DNA from: Octopus vulgaris
Taxonomy: Eukaryota
Length of the DNA: 64,000 nt
Assembly: GCA_951406725.2 (NCBI GenBank)
Contig: OX597831.1
Span: 36,828,001-36,892,000 of the forward strand
Reading direction: 5' to 3'
Both the position numbers and the translations under genes were made by a program. The notes under the pieces were generated by a model. That model saw only the letters and a program-made list of their open reading frames with translations, did not search any database and had not been told where the DNA came from. Below, piece after piece: positions 37,690 to 50,660 of this stretch (within the stretch, counting starts at the first letter, position 1; each line of letters starts with the position of its first letter).

Positions 37690-38960
37690 GCTGGTAAGAA
37701 ATTGACTAGTGACAAATTGACCAACATAGAACTATTGGGGAATAAATTGACTATGGATTATCTAGTGAAGAAATGACTGACAATGATTATCTAAGCACAG
37801 ATTATCTGGTGAGTAATTGATTGAGAATGGATATCTGACAATGAATTATCTGAAAACCAATAAATTATCTGGTACCAAATTGACCCAAAATTGTTTGACT
37901 GATACCAAATTATGATATGACAAATTGACAAAACAATTTTGGTTATCTGGTGACAAAATGAACAAAATGTATCTGACAATGGTTTCACTGATAACAAATT
38001 ATCAACCATTTAACTGACCATAAACTGTGTGGTGATGGATTGTCTGGCAACCAATCAACTGACAGCGAATGATCCGGCTGTAAATTATCTTGTAATGAAC
38101 TGAATGACAATAAATAATTTGGTAAACAATTGACAAACAACAAATCATCTGGTGAGGAATTGAGTGACAATGACTTACCTGGTGAGGAATTGACTGACAA
38201 TGACTTATGTGGTGAGGGATTGAGTGACAATGACTTATGTGGTGAGGGATTGAGTGACAATGACTTATCTGGTGAGGAATTGTGTGAAAATGACTTATCT
38301 GGTAAGGAATTGAGTGACAATGACTTATCTGGTGAGGAACTGACTAATGAATTTTCTGGTGATGAGTTGACCAATGACAGATTATCCAGTAATGAAATCA
38401 GCAACAAGTTATCTGGTAACAATGTGACTGACTACAGATGCTTTTGCCAAGGACTGACCAGTCATAAGTCATCAGGTCATGAATTGAAAGATAACAAATT
38501 ATCTGATGCCAAACTGAGCAACAACGAATTATTGGAGATGAACTGACCAACTGCATGGCCTAGTGGTTAAGATGTTGCACTCACCAGTGCAAGATTGTAG
38601 TACAATTCCCGGACTGGGTAATGTGATGTATTCTCAAGCAAAACATTTTGTTTTATGCCATTCCACTCCACTTGGCTGAAAATGATTACTCCTGGTGAAG
38701 AATTGAGTGACAATGACTTATCTGATGAGAAATTGAGTGACAATGACTTATCTGATAAGGAATTGAGTGACAATGGCTTATCTGGTGAGGAATTGAGTGA
38801 CAATGACTTATCTGGTGAAGAACTGAGTGACAATGTTGTGATCTCAATATCGAAGCTGCATAACTGACCCTATAAGTCCAAGGACTTAAGAAAGTTATGC
38901 CCAGGGTTGTTGAATAATAATAAATTGACTAATGACAAATTATCTGGTGATGAAGTGCTC
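37690..38960 (+). repeat. 30-bp minisatellite (GGTGAGGAATTGAGTGACAATGACTTATCT) with degenerate flanks, split by a SINE head at ~38553-38690
   Basis: Homogeneous cores at 38151-38350 and 38693-38835; translates as GEELSDNDLS repeats. Confidence 0.9.
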
Positions 38961-39193
38961 AACAACAGTTTAAACTCTTAACCGATTATGGCATTGAAGA
39001 TGGTGAAAATAATAATTATGAAGCTGGTGGTAATGACAATAATGGCAATTACAATAATTTCAATGATAAATGTGTTAGCATGTTGCTGTTGATTACTCCA
39101 CAAGATAGTTATGGAAGAGTCGAGCTGAAACCAAAGTTCAAATTTTGTAATCAAAGCAGGTTAATAATGTGAACCTTATCAATATCACAAACA

Positions 39194-40398
39194 TACCCAG
39201 TGTTCGGGCTAAATTTTATAGTTTGCATAAAATGAAAACACAATATTTCACTCAAAAATAAAAGTATTCTTGAAAAAATCAAAAAATCAACTAGATTATA
39301 GCTGGGTGGGGTAACAGTTTACTCTAAGTAGCTGCTCTCAGCTTCCACCACAGTCACAAGATGGATCTAGATCCTGGTGTATGATTTCTTCATTGTGTTT
39401 CTGGGAAGATTTTTCAAACATATCTTTGACCTTAGTCACCAGCTCGGCCTTGTTGTTGCAGGCAGAGAGGTTAGTGTTTTGTCAAATGTGCCCCACACAT
39501 GATAATCCATGGGATTGCTATCGGGGTAATTAGAGGCAAGAGACTAGGGGCTGGTGGAATAGAAATTCTCTGACTAACACTTTTCACTCTTTCTGGAGGT
39601 AAGCAAAGAACTGGATCCTGCTACCATGCATATGGCCTTCCAGCAACAGCCTTCTCTAGCCTGGGCTTGGCCATAGTCTCCAGCAGTTTCTTATAACCAT
39701 CTGAATTAAGCCTAAAGTCCTTTTTAAAGGGGTGGGTGACTTGACATCACTCTCGCTGGAAACACACCCAAAGACCATTACAGGGTGGGGAACTTGGTTT
39801 TCATGATGTCCATGTCATGTCTTGTAGCAGTGGCTCCCAAACTTTTTGGGGTTGCTGCCCCCTTGACACACAGGCCACATTCCTAGCACCCCCACCCCAA
39901 CTAACCATCACAAACATAGACTTCTTTCTGAAGCAAATTCAAAACAATTGTATTTCGCGAATAAGGCTTAATCTAATGAAGCCATTATTTTATTGTTTTT
40001 ACATGAATTACTACCCGATTATCACCCCACTTTTTACATGAATCACTATGCCATTATCACCCTACTTTCCTTCAACACCCCTTTGGAATTTTCCACCACC
40101 CCCAAGGGGGCAATACCGTCCACTTTGGAAACCACCATCTCATAGTCTTTACAGTGTTCATAGAACATTGGGCAGTAGTCATGGTGTCAGCATTTTGACA
40201 CCTAACATGGATCATCATGATGCAGGTAACTCTTTCCCAATATCCAGATGGCTTCCAATCCTACACATCAACTGATTTTTCTCAACTTCAACAGTAATCT
40301 TTATGCTTTTCAATGCTATTGACTTTTCACCAATACATGAAGCTGTTCCTGAAAAAGAGAGACATAAAAATCGTCCAATTTAACCAAAACATTCTGTA
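39194..40398 (-). mobile_element. Degenerate Tc1/mariner-superfamily transposon
   Basis: Minus-strand fragments MKTKFP-VMVFGCVSSE, LRLNSDGYKKLLE, VAGRPY-W-QD and PMDYHVWG. Imperfect TIRs TACCCAGTGTTCGGGCTAAATT and AATTTAACCAAAACATTCTGTA. Confidence 0.75.
39828..40137. mobile_element. hAT (Charlie-like) MITE nested in the transposon
   Basis: Ends CAGTGGCTCCCAAA and TTTGGAAACCACCA; 8-bp flanks TCTTGTAG (39820-39827) and TCTCATAG (40138-40145). Confidence 0.7.
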
Positions 40399-40514
40399 AT
40401 GTATGTGTGTTAATAAACTACAATGCTATAGTATTTTGTGTAAAGGAGAACTGTTTAAAGACATATGTTTAAAAGAAAAAAACAGCATATCTCAACATAG
40501 ACAAAATGAGAGTG

Positions 40515-40715
40515 ACCGTGTGGCCATGCTGGAGCACCACCTTAAACGTTTTTTTTTAGTTGAAGAAATCGATCCCAGAATCTATTCTTTTGTAAGCCTA
40601 GTACTTATTCTATCGGAATCTTTTGATGAACTGCTAAGTTATGGGTGGGGTGGGGTGAACGAAAACACACCAATATCAATTGTCAAGCGATGGTGAGGGT
40701 ACAAACACAGACACA
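40515..40715 (-). mobile_element. SINE family A, 3' half
   Basis: GTGGCCATGCTGGAGCACC...CCTAGTACTTATTCTATCGG. Confidence 0.75.
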
Positions 40716-40929
40716 CATAATATAGACATATACATATAAATATCATAATAATTATATACATAATTTTTGGTGTCTATTTCTAGCACATGGAGAGGTTGTT
40801 GCCAAACCTTTTCATAATTATGTATAATTGTAATTTTTATATTTGTAAAATTTACCTATAAGGTTTTTTATTTCCACACTGACCCCTTGGTAAAATCATT
40901 AATGTTTTTTTATCCTTTATTATAATTAA

Positions 40930-41219
40930 TATTATTATCACCATCATCACCATCATCATCATTGTCATCATCTTCAACATCATCACCATCATCATCATCA
41001 TCATCATCATCATCTTCGTCGTCGTCGTCGTCATCATCATCATCATCATCACCCCACTTCATTGTCATCATCTTTGGTATCATCATTGTCACCATCATCA
41101 TCAGTGGCATCATCTTCAACATCATCATCATCCTCATCATCACCACCACCATCATTGTCATCATCCCTGATATCATCATCATCACCATCATCATCATTGT
41201 CATCATCTTCGACATCATT

Positions 41220-41250
<31 letters not shown>

Positions 41251-41256
41251 CCATCA
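40930..41256. repeat. Degenerate (CAT)n tract
   Basis: Direct reading. A comparable (GAT)n tract lies at 42400-42933. Confidence 0.95.
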
Positions 41257-41510
41257 TATAGCATGGAAATCTAGATTTACTTATGGAGACAGCAACTGAA
41301 TATTGCCTGAGGAGATCTTCTTATACAGGTAAATCATTTACATAATTGAATTTAAATTTAGATTTAACTTTAAATCCAGAATATACGTGGATCCGTATGT
41401 AATGAAACATTTGTGGTGATTAAAAAGCTGTCTAACCGTACTTACTTTTCATTTTGACTCCTTTACTTTTTACTTTTTACTTCAAATATATCTATATCTA
41501 TATATGTGTG

Positions 41511-41558
<48 letters not shown>

Positions 41559-41559
<1 letters not shown>

Positions 41560-41843
41560 TCATAAAATACAGTGTACATTTAAACACATAAGAAATCCAC
41601 TCTTTGGGATTCAACACACTAGAAAGAACAGCTAGGTTCTATAACCACAAATATTAAGGATAAAATTCGACAGGAATGAAATGAAAAAATAAAAACATTT
41701 TACCATATTTTTATTTTTTCATTTCATTCCTGTTGAATTTTATCCCTAATTTTTGTGGTTATAGAACCTAGCTGTTCTTTCTAGTGTGTTGAATCTCATG
41801 AGTGGATTCCCTATGTGTTTAAATGTACACTGTATTTTATGAC
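41559..41843. repeat. Foldback, ~137-bp arms, 12-nt loop
   Basis: GTCATAAAATACAGTGTACATTTAAACAC...GAAAAAATAAAAA pairs with TTTTTATTTTTTC...GTGTTTAAATGTACACTGTATTTTATGAC. Confidence 0.95.
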
Positions 41844-41944
41844 TAATACATAGTTTTGGACTAAATTTTTACATGCTAGGCCACTGGAAATGAAAATTTC
41901 TATTAATTTCCATTTCCCTTTGATATGATTAAATATATATACAT

Positions 41945-42108
41945 ATATACGATGAGCTTCTTTCAGTTTCTGTCTACCAAATCCACTCACAAGGCTTTGG
42001 TCAGCTTGAGACTGTAGTAGAAGACACTTGGCCAAGGTGCCAGGCAATGGGACTGAATCCAGAACCATGTGGTTGGGAAGCAAGCTTCTTACCACACAGC
42101 CACGCCTA
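41945..42108 (-). mobile_element. SINE family A, 5' half
   Basis: Reverse complement AGGCGTGGCTGTGTGGTAAGAAGCTTGCTTCCCAACCACATGG. Confidence 0.85.
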
Positions 42109-42903
42109 TGTACTTGTTTTTCTCTTTAAGATGCTATTGTGTGAACTGAAGGAGATTTAGCTGCTATTTCTAACAATTTAAGTAAGCACATATAGCATCT
42201 TACATTAGACAGCCAGTGGGTAAAGCTCATGACAATAATGGTTTTTGACACAGGGCCAGCAATTTCGGTGGGGTGGGGAGAGGGATTAAGTTGATTACAT
42301 TAACCCCTCAATGCCCAGCTGGTATTTATTTTAGTGATCCCTTCCCAAAATGATGATAGGCAATGATGACCCCTTCCTGAAATGATGATGACAATCTGAT
42401 TGTGATGATGATTTTCACGACAATCATGGTCATAGTGATGGTAGTGTTAATTATGGTGATGATGATTATGATGATGATGGTGGCACAGGTGATGGTGGTG
42501 GTTGGTGGTGATGACGATGGTGATAGTAACAACGATGATGACGAAGGTGATGATGATGATGATGATGATGATGATGGTGATGACAAGGATATAAAGCTGC
42601 TGCTGTTAATGATATCAAAGATGATAACAATGATGATGATGGTGATGACGATGATAGTAAAGATTATGACAGTAATGGTGATGTTGATGATGATGATGAT
42701 GATGTTGATGATGATGATAAAGATCTAAAGCTGCTACTGCTGACGATGATGATATCAAAGATAATAACAATGATGATGATGGTGATGATGATGATAGCAA
42801 AGATGATGAAAATAATAGTGATGATGATGATGAGGATGATGATAACAAAGACAATGATAAATATGATGGTAATGATGATATCAAAGATGATGGTAATGAC
42901 TAC

Positions 42904-42934
<31 letters not shown>

Positions 42935-43253
42935 CGTACATATGTCCTACTAGTTGTTTGAACAAAGAGAATAGAAATTTTACATATAACATTTCAACAA
43001 CAAAATTTCCCCCCACCCCAAAAAAAAATCCACGATGGCATTTTGCTTTCAAGTTTTGTAAATGTGAATACAATATACAGACCACCTGTATGGAACTAAG
43101 TTTTTACAGTTGTTTTGTTACTAAGTGTAATATAAGTAGGAATATCAGAAACCAACATATTGAAAACTCCTTGTACAATTCTTTTAATTCTGTCCATATT
43201 TGTTTAACTTTACTGTTTATATACACTTCACTACAATGACTTGCAATAAGTGT

Positions 43254-43285
<32 letters not shown>

Positions 43286-43567
43286 ATCTGTGTGTGTATA
43301 TATATATATACACAAATGCAACAGAGAGGGAGAGAAATAGAGATAGAGAGAGAGGAATTTATTCCATTAAAAGTTATATAGATTTATATATATCTACGAC
43401 TTGTTATAAGTGAGTGTTTGTATGTGTGTTTGTATGTGTGTTTATATATATATATATATATATAGATAGATAGATAGATAGATATGCATATATATATATA
43501 TATAGAAATAGCAAGGGAGAGAGGGAGAGAGAGCAAATTATTCCATTAAGAGTTCTATATATTTATA

Positions 43568-43639
<72 letters not shown>

Positions 43640-44270
43640 TATATATATATATATATATTGCGTATATATTTATGTGTGTGTATATATATGTGAATATATA
43701 TCTATGTGTATATATATATATATATATAAATATATGTCTATGTGTATACAAGTATGTGTATATGTGTACATATGTATGTGTGTGTCTGTGTCTATGTGTA
43801 CATGTGTGTGTGTGTAGGTGTATATATGTGTGTGTTCATACTAGGTAAAAGGTAAATAGAAATAATGGAAGAAGATTTAAGAAACACAGAAGCAAAAGTT
43901 TGCTTTATTTGAATTTGTTGATATTTAGAAGAGGATTGTGATTACATTGCTCTTGAGATTTGATTTTTGCTTTATTTCTATATTATCTGTTTCCGTTAGG
44001 TGATGAGGAAATGAGAGGCAGGGGAGCGATGACTAGATAAACACGTGAATATGTATGTGTATGTATGTGTGTGTGTGTGTGTGTGAGAGAGTATATGCAT
44101 GTGTGTATATATATATATATATATAAATCTATTTGCACGTATATATCTATATATATATTTATACATATATATAAATGTGTATGTGTGCATGTGTGATTGT
44201 GCATGTGATTGTGCGTGTGATTGCGTGTGTGTGTATGTATATATATATATATATATATATAATTATATAC

Positions 44271-44350
<80 letters not shown>

Positions 44351-44399
44351 ATATTTATGTACATATATGTACATATACATATATAGATACATATATATA

Positions 44400-44570
44400 T
44401 TGCCTGAAATGGTCGTGACTTCTGGAACTTGACTGAGGAAAAAAGCCACAAATGACCCGTCTTTTCTTGCCTGTCCTTCAAATTGTTGTTCCTCTTGTCT
44501 GCCGTTGTATTGTCTATCTGTCTGAATGTTTTAATGTCTTCTATTCCGTTTTTGTTCCATTTTTATATAT
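44400..44570 (+). mobile_element. ~180-bp dispersed repeat, third copy
   Basis: Homologous to 1258-1440 and 18897-19065. Confidence 0.6.
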
Positions 44571-45077
44571 CAAAGAACTGAGGTATTTCGGATTTCAAGA
44601 TAGTGTGTGAGAGAAAATTGTGATGTCACAGGAGAGAAATGAGTCCACATGGATGATGGCGCACTTACTTTTAATGATTCCAAAAAGAAAGAGTCTTGGA
44701 GAAGCCATTATGAAAGACTACTGAATGTGGAGAATGAATGGGAGGAGGAGAGCCTGCCGAATGTTAACCCAGTAGAGGGACCAGTTATCTGAATAGAAAG
44801 CTCTCTAGTTGATAAATCAATTAAGGGTATGAAGCCATGCAAAGCCCCCAGCCCTTCAGGAATCACTACTGAGATTGTGTGGGCTATGGCCTTGTTACCC
44901 ACATTGTAAAGCAAGTATTTCATGATGGAGTCATACCCAATGACTGGCGTAGCAGCACCATAGTCAACTGCTACATGGGTAAAGGTGATGCTCTAGATAG
45001 TAATAACTACAGGGGTATCAAACTGCTGGATCAGGTGATGAAGATCACAGAGAGGGTCATAGCCTATCTCATTAGGG
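44571..45077 (+). pseudogene. RTE-clade LINE ORF fragment (region leading into the RT)
   Basis: Translations WRSHYERLLNVENEW, IKGMKPCKAPSPSGIT, IPNDWRSSTIVNCYMGKGDALDSNNYRGIKLLDQVMKITERVI (the NYRGIxLL motif of LINE RTs); internal stops. Confidence 0.85.
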
Positions 45078-45205
45078 ATGATGATGATGATGATGAGCAT
45101 GATGGTGATGATGATGATGATGATGTTGAAGATAAGGATTATGATGATGACAAAGATGATGATGATAATGACGATGATAATGATGATGAAGATGATGATG
45201 ACGAA

Positions 45206-45253
<48 letters not shown>

Positions 45254-45346
45254 GATGATAATGATTATGATGATGTCGAAGATGATGATGATGACGAAGA
45301 TGATGATGATGATGATGATGATGATAATGATTATGATGATGACGAA

Positions 45347-45406
<60 letters not shown>

Positions 45407-45595
45407 AATGATTATGATGATGACGACAATTATGATGATGAAGATGATGATGATGATGATAATGATTATGATGATGACGAAGATGATGATGAAGATGATG
45501 ATAATGATGATGATGATGATGATGATGATGGTGATGATGGTGATGATGACGACGATGGTGACGATGATGATGATGATCATGATCATGATCATGAA

Positions 45596-45630
<35 letters not shown>

Positions 45631-45703
45631 CGATGATAATGATTATGATGATGATGACGATGATGATGACGAAGATGAAGATGATGATGATGATGATGAT
45701 GAA
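45077..45703 (+). repeat. ~625-bp degenerate (GAT)n tract
   Basis: Direct reading. Confidence 0.95.
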
Positions 45704-46254
45704 GGGGTGGTGGTTGTAGTTGGGAGTGTTTGAAATCTCTTTGATTGTGATGGTTGGTATCAGTGATAACAGGCAGGTACTTCCTTTACAATATTGCACT
45801 AACGCCATCAGCAACACTACCACCGAAACCATCACCACCATCACCACCATCATCAACAACAACAACAACCACTGCTGACACCCTACCCCCCCCCCCACCA
45901 CCACCACTATGATCGTAGTTCCTTCCATCACATGAAGCAAGTGTGTCTCATGGTTTCCTTCGATGTAGAGTGTAGCTGTTGAAGGAGGAAATTCTTTGTA
46001 TATGTCTGCTGAGAGTGGCAGCAAATGCCAAAAGAAACCCTTCATCTTCATATGTCCACCTGCAACATTTGAAACACTGATGTCCATGTCTATTCTATAA
46101 TGATTCCCAAATCTATTGCTACATTCTAATACACATCTGTGGTCATCCAAAGGGTCAGCCTCTTAAACCCATTCTTAACCATTCCTTCTCTCTTTCAATT
46201 TGTTCTCCTCTAAGTCTCCATGTCCCCCTCTGTTTTATATCTTATGTTATATTT

Positions 46255-46795
46255 ATTATTTCTTCTTCTTCTTCTTCTTCTTCTTCTTCTCCTTCTTCTT
46301 CTTCTTCTTCTCCTTCTTCTTCTTCTTCTTCTTCTTCTTCTTCTTCTTCTTCTCTCTCTCTCTCTCTCCCTCCTGCTTTCTCTCTATGAACCAGTTGCTT
46401 TGATTCTTTCTTCTTGTCATTGTTTCCTCTTCAAATGCCTCCTCCTCCTTCTTCCTTTTCTTCTCCATCTTCTCCTCCTTCTTCTCCCTTCCTCTCCCCA
46501 TCCTCCTCCCCCTCCCCCCAGCTCCCCTCCCACTTGCCTCCCATTCCCTCCTTTCCTTTCCTCATCTCCCCTCCCCCTCATTCTCCTTCTTCTTCTTTCT
46601 CCTCCTTTCGCTTCCTCTTCTTTCCTTTCTTCTTCTCTTTTCTCTTCCTCTCCTTCCTCTCCAACTTCTACTTCTACTTTTTTTTCTTCTTCTTCCTCCT
46701 CCTCCTAATCTTCTTCTTCCCTCCTCTCTTCCTCTTCTTCTTCCTCCTCCTCTTCTTCTTCCCCCTCCTCCTCCTCCTCCTCCTCCTTCTCATCT
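46255..46795. repeat. (TTC)n and polypyrimidine tract
   Basis: Direct reading. Confidence 0.9.
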
Positions 46796-46966
46796 CACAA
46801 TATTAGACGAAACTTTAAATCCATCTGAAAGTGAATTTCTTTTAACAAACATTACATTTGCTTCAGTCTCTCTTCTCAACACACCATCCAACGCCATTGC
46901 CAAAGTGTCTTTGAGATAACAACCTTAAGTAAACATGCACACACACACACACACATATACATGTGT

Positions 46967-46997
<31 letters not shown>

Positions 46998-47954
46998 CTA
47001 AGTGATGATGACTATGGTGATGATGATAACAATGAAGTGATAAAAAAGATGACAATAATGAAGATGATGACAGTGATGCTAATGATGATGATTATGATAC
47101 ATATGTGCATATATATATGTGTGTGTGTATGTGTGCGTGTGTATGTGTGTGTGTATGTATATACACACATGTTATATTTACTATTTCTTCTACATATATA
47201 AATATTATTTTGTGTATATATATATATATATCTGCAATTATATATGTATGTCTGCATATATGATGATGGTAACGATGATGATGATCATGATGATGATGAT
47301 CTACATATATTATATACACACACATGCATACATATATAATTACAGATACACACACACACACACGCATCTGTGTTAAGTGTGCAATTTAAGTGCAAAACTA
47401 TTTGCCATGCTAATTGTTTAATACATATTCATTTTGTCTGAGGAGATATCAAGAATTTTGATAGAATGCCACTGCGTAATGTTCATATTTTTCTTAAACG
47501 AATTAGCAATTAAAATAAGTAAAGTGAAATAGCTGCCAGTAGGAATTGAAACCAAACCATATCACTCCACATCCCTACCCATTAACTCACAGAATTTCCT
47601 TGTATTCTAGAAAAATGCAAAACTTGTAATCAATAATACAATTCAAATGGATATAGTAACTAGCTAGATAGCCATCTCAGTAGATTAGTTTCCATGGAAC
47701 GTAGACAGTTATTTATTTAGCATGAAACTGAAGGTGCATTTCACACTTTTTCTCATGATTATAGGAATAAATATTGGACAATTTATTTCATACGCTTCCT
47801 CTTCACGCTTCCTCTTCATGCTTTCTCTTATGCTTAAAGGGATCAATACTTGACCAACTTATTTTGATTCAGGTGTAAAACGAATTACCTGAAGAGTCTG
47901 TATCAAGAGATACTGCTTTTTTTTTGTGTGGTAGATCATAAAAGTTTATTCCAA

Positions 47955-48377
47955 GGCGTAGGAGTGGCTGTGTGGTAAGTAGCTTGCTTACGAACTGCAT
48001 AGTTCTGGGGTCAGTCCCACTGCGTGGTACCTTGGGCAAGTGTCTTCTTCTATAGCCTTGGACCGACCAAAGCCTTGTGAGTGGATTTGGTTGACAGAAA
48101 CTAAAAAGAACCCGTCCTATATATGTATATGTGTGTGTGTGTGTGTGTGTGCGTGCGTGCGCATGTATATATGTTTGTGTGTCTGTGTTTGTTCCCCCAA
48201 CACCGCTTGACAGCTGATGCTGGTGTGTTTACATTCCTGTAACTTAGTGGTTCAGCAAAAGAGACCGATAGAATAAGTACTAGGCTTCCAAAGAATAAGT
48301 CCTGGGGTCAATTTGCTCGACTAAAGGTGGTGTTCCAGCATGGCCATAGTCAAATGACTGAAACAAGTGAAAGAGTA
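47955..48377 (+). mobile_element. SINE family A, full length
   Basis: Same head and tail as 806-1195. Confidence 0.9.
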
Positions 48378-49260
48378 TTAGCTGATGAGACCCAAATTGT
48401 TTGAAACCAGTGCATGTCTCAGTTTTCTGGTGGTTCTGTTTTGCATTCATGATGCTTACAAACTGCAGAGTTTTATTATTTATATCTTATACAGAAATGT
48501 AAATTATAACGTCACTTTCTCGATGTACTAAGGTAAAGGTGACACATATAAAGAGGTATGTATCATAAAATCGTGTTTTGGCTGCAACACTGAATGTTGC
48601 TTGCCTGTGCATTTGGTACAATTGTTGTTCAGAATTTGATAGTTTATAAAATACTTCCACTGACACCATTGATAACAATCACCAGTGATCAACACTCATG
48701 CAGACAAATTTTCACTACTCTGAGGTTCTGGCTGATGAGAGTCAAAATATTTGATGTAGCTAACTAGTTCACCATTCCCTAGTTATTCCTTCTGGCTTTC
48801 GCAAAATTCTTATGCAGCATCGCAAGGTACATTTATTTTATTCATTCACTATCAGAAGCCGTATAATCCTGTGTCAGAAGCCATAATGAAGTTACAGAAT
48901 TTTTGTTTCATGAATGACATTTAATGAAACGTTGAAAGTTGCTTCTTTATTATTTTCTGTTCATCATTCATAATATAAATTTTTTTTTTTATTGTAAAGT
49001 GTCTGAACTGACACCAAATAAAAGAACATTGATAATCCAACATTCACGCAAGCAGACTTTCTTATCAAGTAAACACTTGGTTGATGAGGCCCAAAATGTT
49101 TGAAAATAGATCACCGTCTTACAATTCCATTCCACATTCTTTCTTGCTCTCATCAAAATTCTTCAAACTTTTCATGGTTACATTCTTCTGTTTTTAATCT
49201 GACACTAAATCACAAGCCATAACATTGTAACAGTGATATATGACAACAGAAATAGTGTTG
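48378..49260 (+). repeat. Decayed ~350-bp tandem repeat (~2.5 units), each with a hammerhead-like core
   Basis: YTGATGAG at 48382, 48732 and 49081; ACTGACACCA at 48659 and 49007; AAAATTCTT at 48803 and 49155; AAGCCATAA at 48878 and 49214. Confidence 0.6.
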
Positions 49261-49722
49261 TTAAATTATTCTTTGCCAGAGCTGATAGTAGTAATTACCT
49301 TTGATAGATTAAAATTTGATTAGAAAACTAAAAGTTAATTAACACTTCTCAGCTACTACAGTTAATGGAGTGCATGCATGTATGCGTATATTTGTATGTG
49401 CAATGTCTGTATGCGTTTGGATCTGTTTGCAGATGTAGAATTGTACACGAGCTAAGCGAGAGTGTATGTGTGTAGGTATATATGTGTGTGTGTGTGCATG
49501 TGTGTGTGTATATGTACACACATATATGTGTACGTGCACATGTGTGTGTTTGTGCGTATGTGTGTATATATGTGTGTGTGTGTGTATGCGTGAGTATGTA
49601 TGTGTATATATTTCTGTATATGTGTATATGTGTGTGTGTGTAATTATATGTATGTATGTGTGTGTGTATATATATATGTGTGTGCATGTGTGTGTGTATA
49701 TATTTATATATATATGTGTGCA

Positions 49723-49795
<73 letters not shown>

Positions 49796-49937
49796 GTGTG
49801 TGTATATATGAGTATATTTGTATATATTTATGTATATGCATATATATATGTATGTGTGTGTATATATATATATAAATATATGAATATGTGAGTGTGTATA
49901 TGTATATATACATATATATTATATGTATATATACATA

Positions 49938-49983
<46 letters not shown>

Positions 49984-50191
49984 ACACAATATATATATAT
50001 ATATATACATATATATACATACATATATATGTGTGTGTGTGTATGTATGTATATATATATACACACACAGTGATAGAGAGTGAGACAGATAAACAGACAG
50101 ACTAAGTGACAGACAGATGGAGAGAGACTGAGAAATAATTGTTACTGTTTGAGCATGAGTGCCAATGCCCATGTGTGTGTGTAGGCATATC

Positions 50192-50229
<38 letters not shown>

Positions 50230-50660
50230 TGTGTGTGTGAACTGGATGAATGTGGCTGTTGTTAAGAGATAGCAATATATTTCAGATACCCCAATTAACC
50301 CTCTCTTATCAGCTTGTTTATATAAATCAACAACTCTCCACATTAATGGAAATTTTAGTGAGACAATTAAAACAAATACATAAAACCTACATATACACAG
50401 AGACACACACATACCCATACATACAGACAGACATAGACACACATGTGTGTACACACATACACACACAGAGTCTGTATCAAGAAACAACAGATGCAATGCT
50501 GGAATAACAACTCAGTGCCTAATGAAATATAAAGTTTAATAGAGTTGGAAATGAGATTGCGTGCACCATATACATACACACACGTGTGTGTGTGAATGTG
50601 CATGTGTGTGTGTATGCATGTGTGTGTTTATACATGTCTGTGTGTGTTTGTGTGCACAAG

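Noticed and set aside
38151-38835. 30-bp repeats as a CRISPR array
   Set aside because: There are no spacers; it is a plain minisatellite.
41307-41412. CTGAGGAG...TGAAACAT as a long-stem hammerhead
   Set aside because: Stems I and II cannot be closed adjacent to the core.
44879-45733. 284-aa Asp-rich protein (biomineralisation-like)
   Set aside because: The N-terminus is a LINE fragment with upstream stops, and the rest is a GAT microsatellite.
45930-46150. Non-repetitive start of minus-strand ORF 44993..46150
   Set aside because: No recognisable motif; the ORF length comes from the adjacent trinucleotide repeat.
47889-47916. CTGAAGAGTC...GAGATAC as a hammerhead
   Set aside because: There is no GAAA box and no convincing stems.
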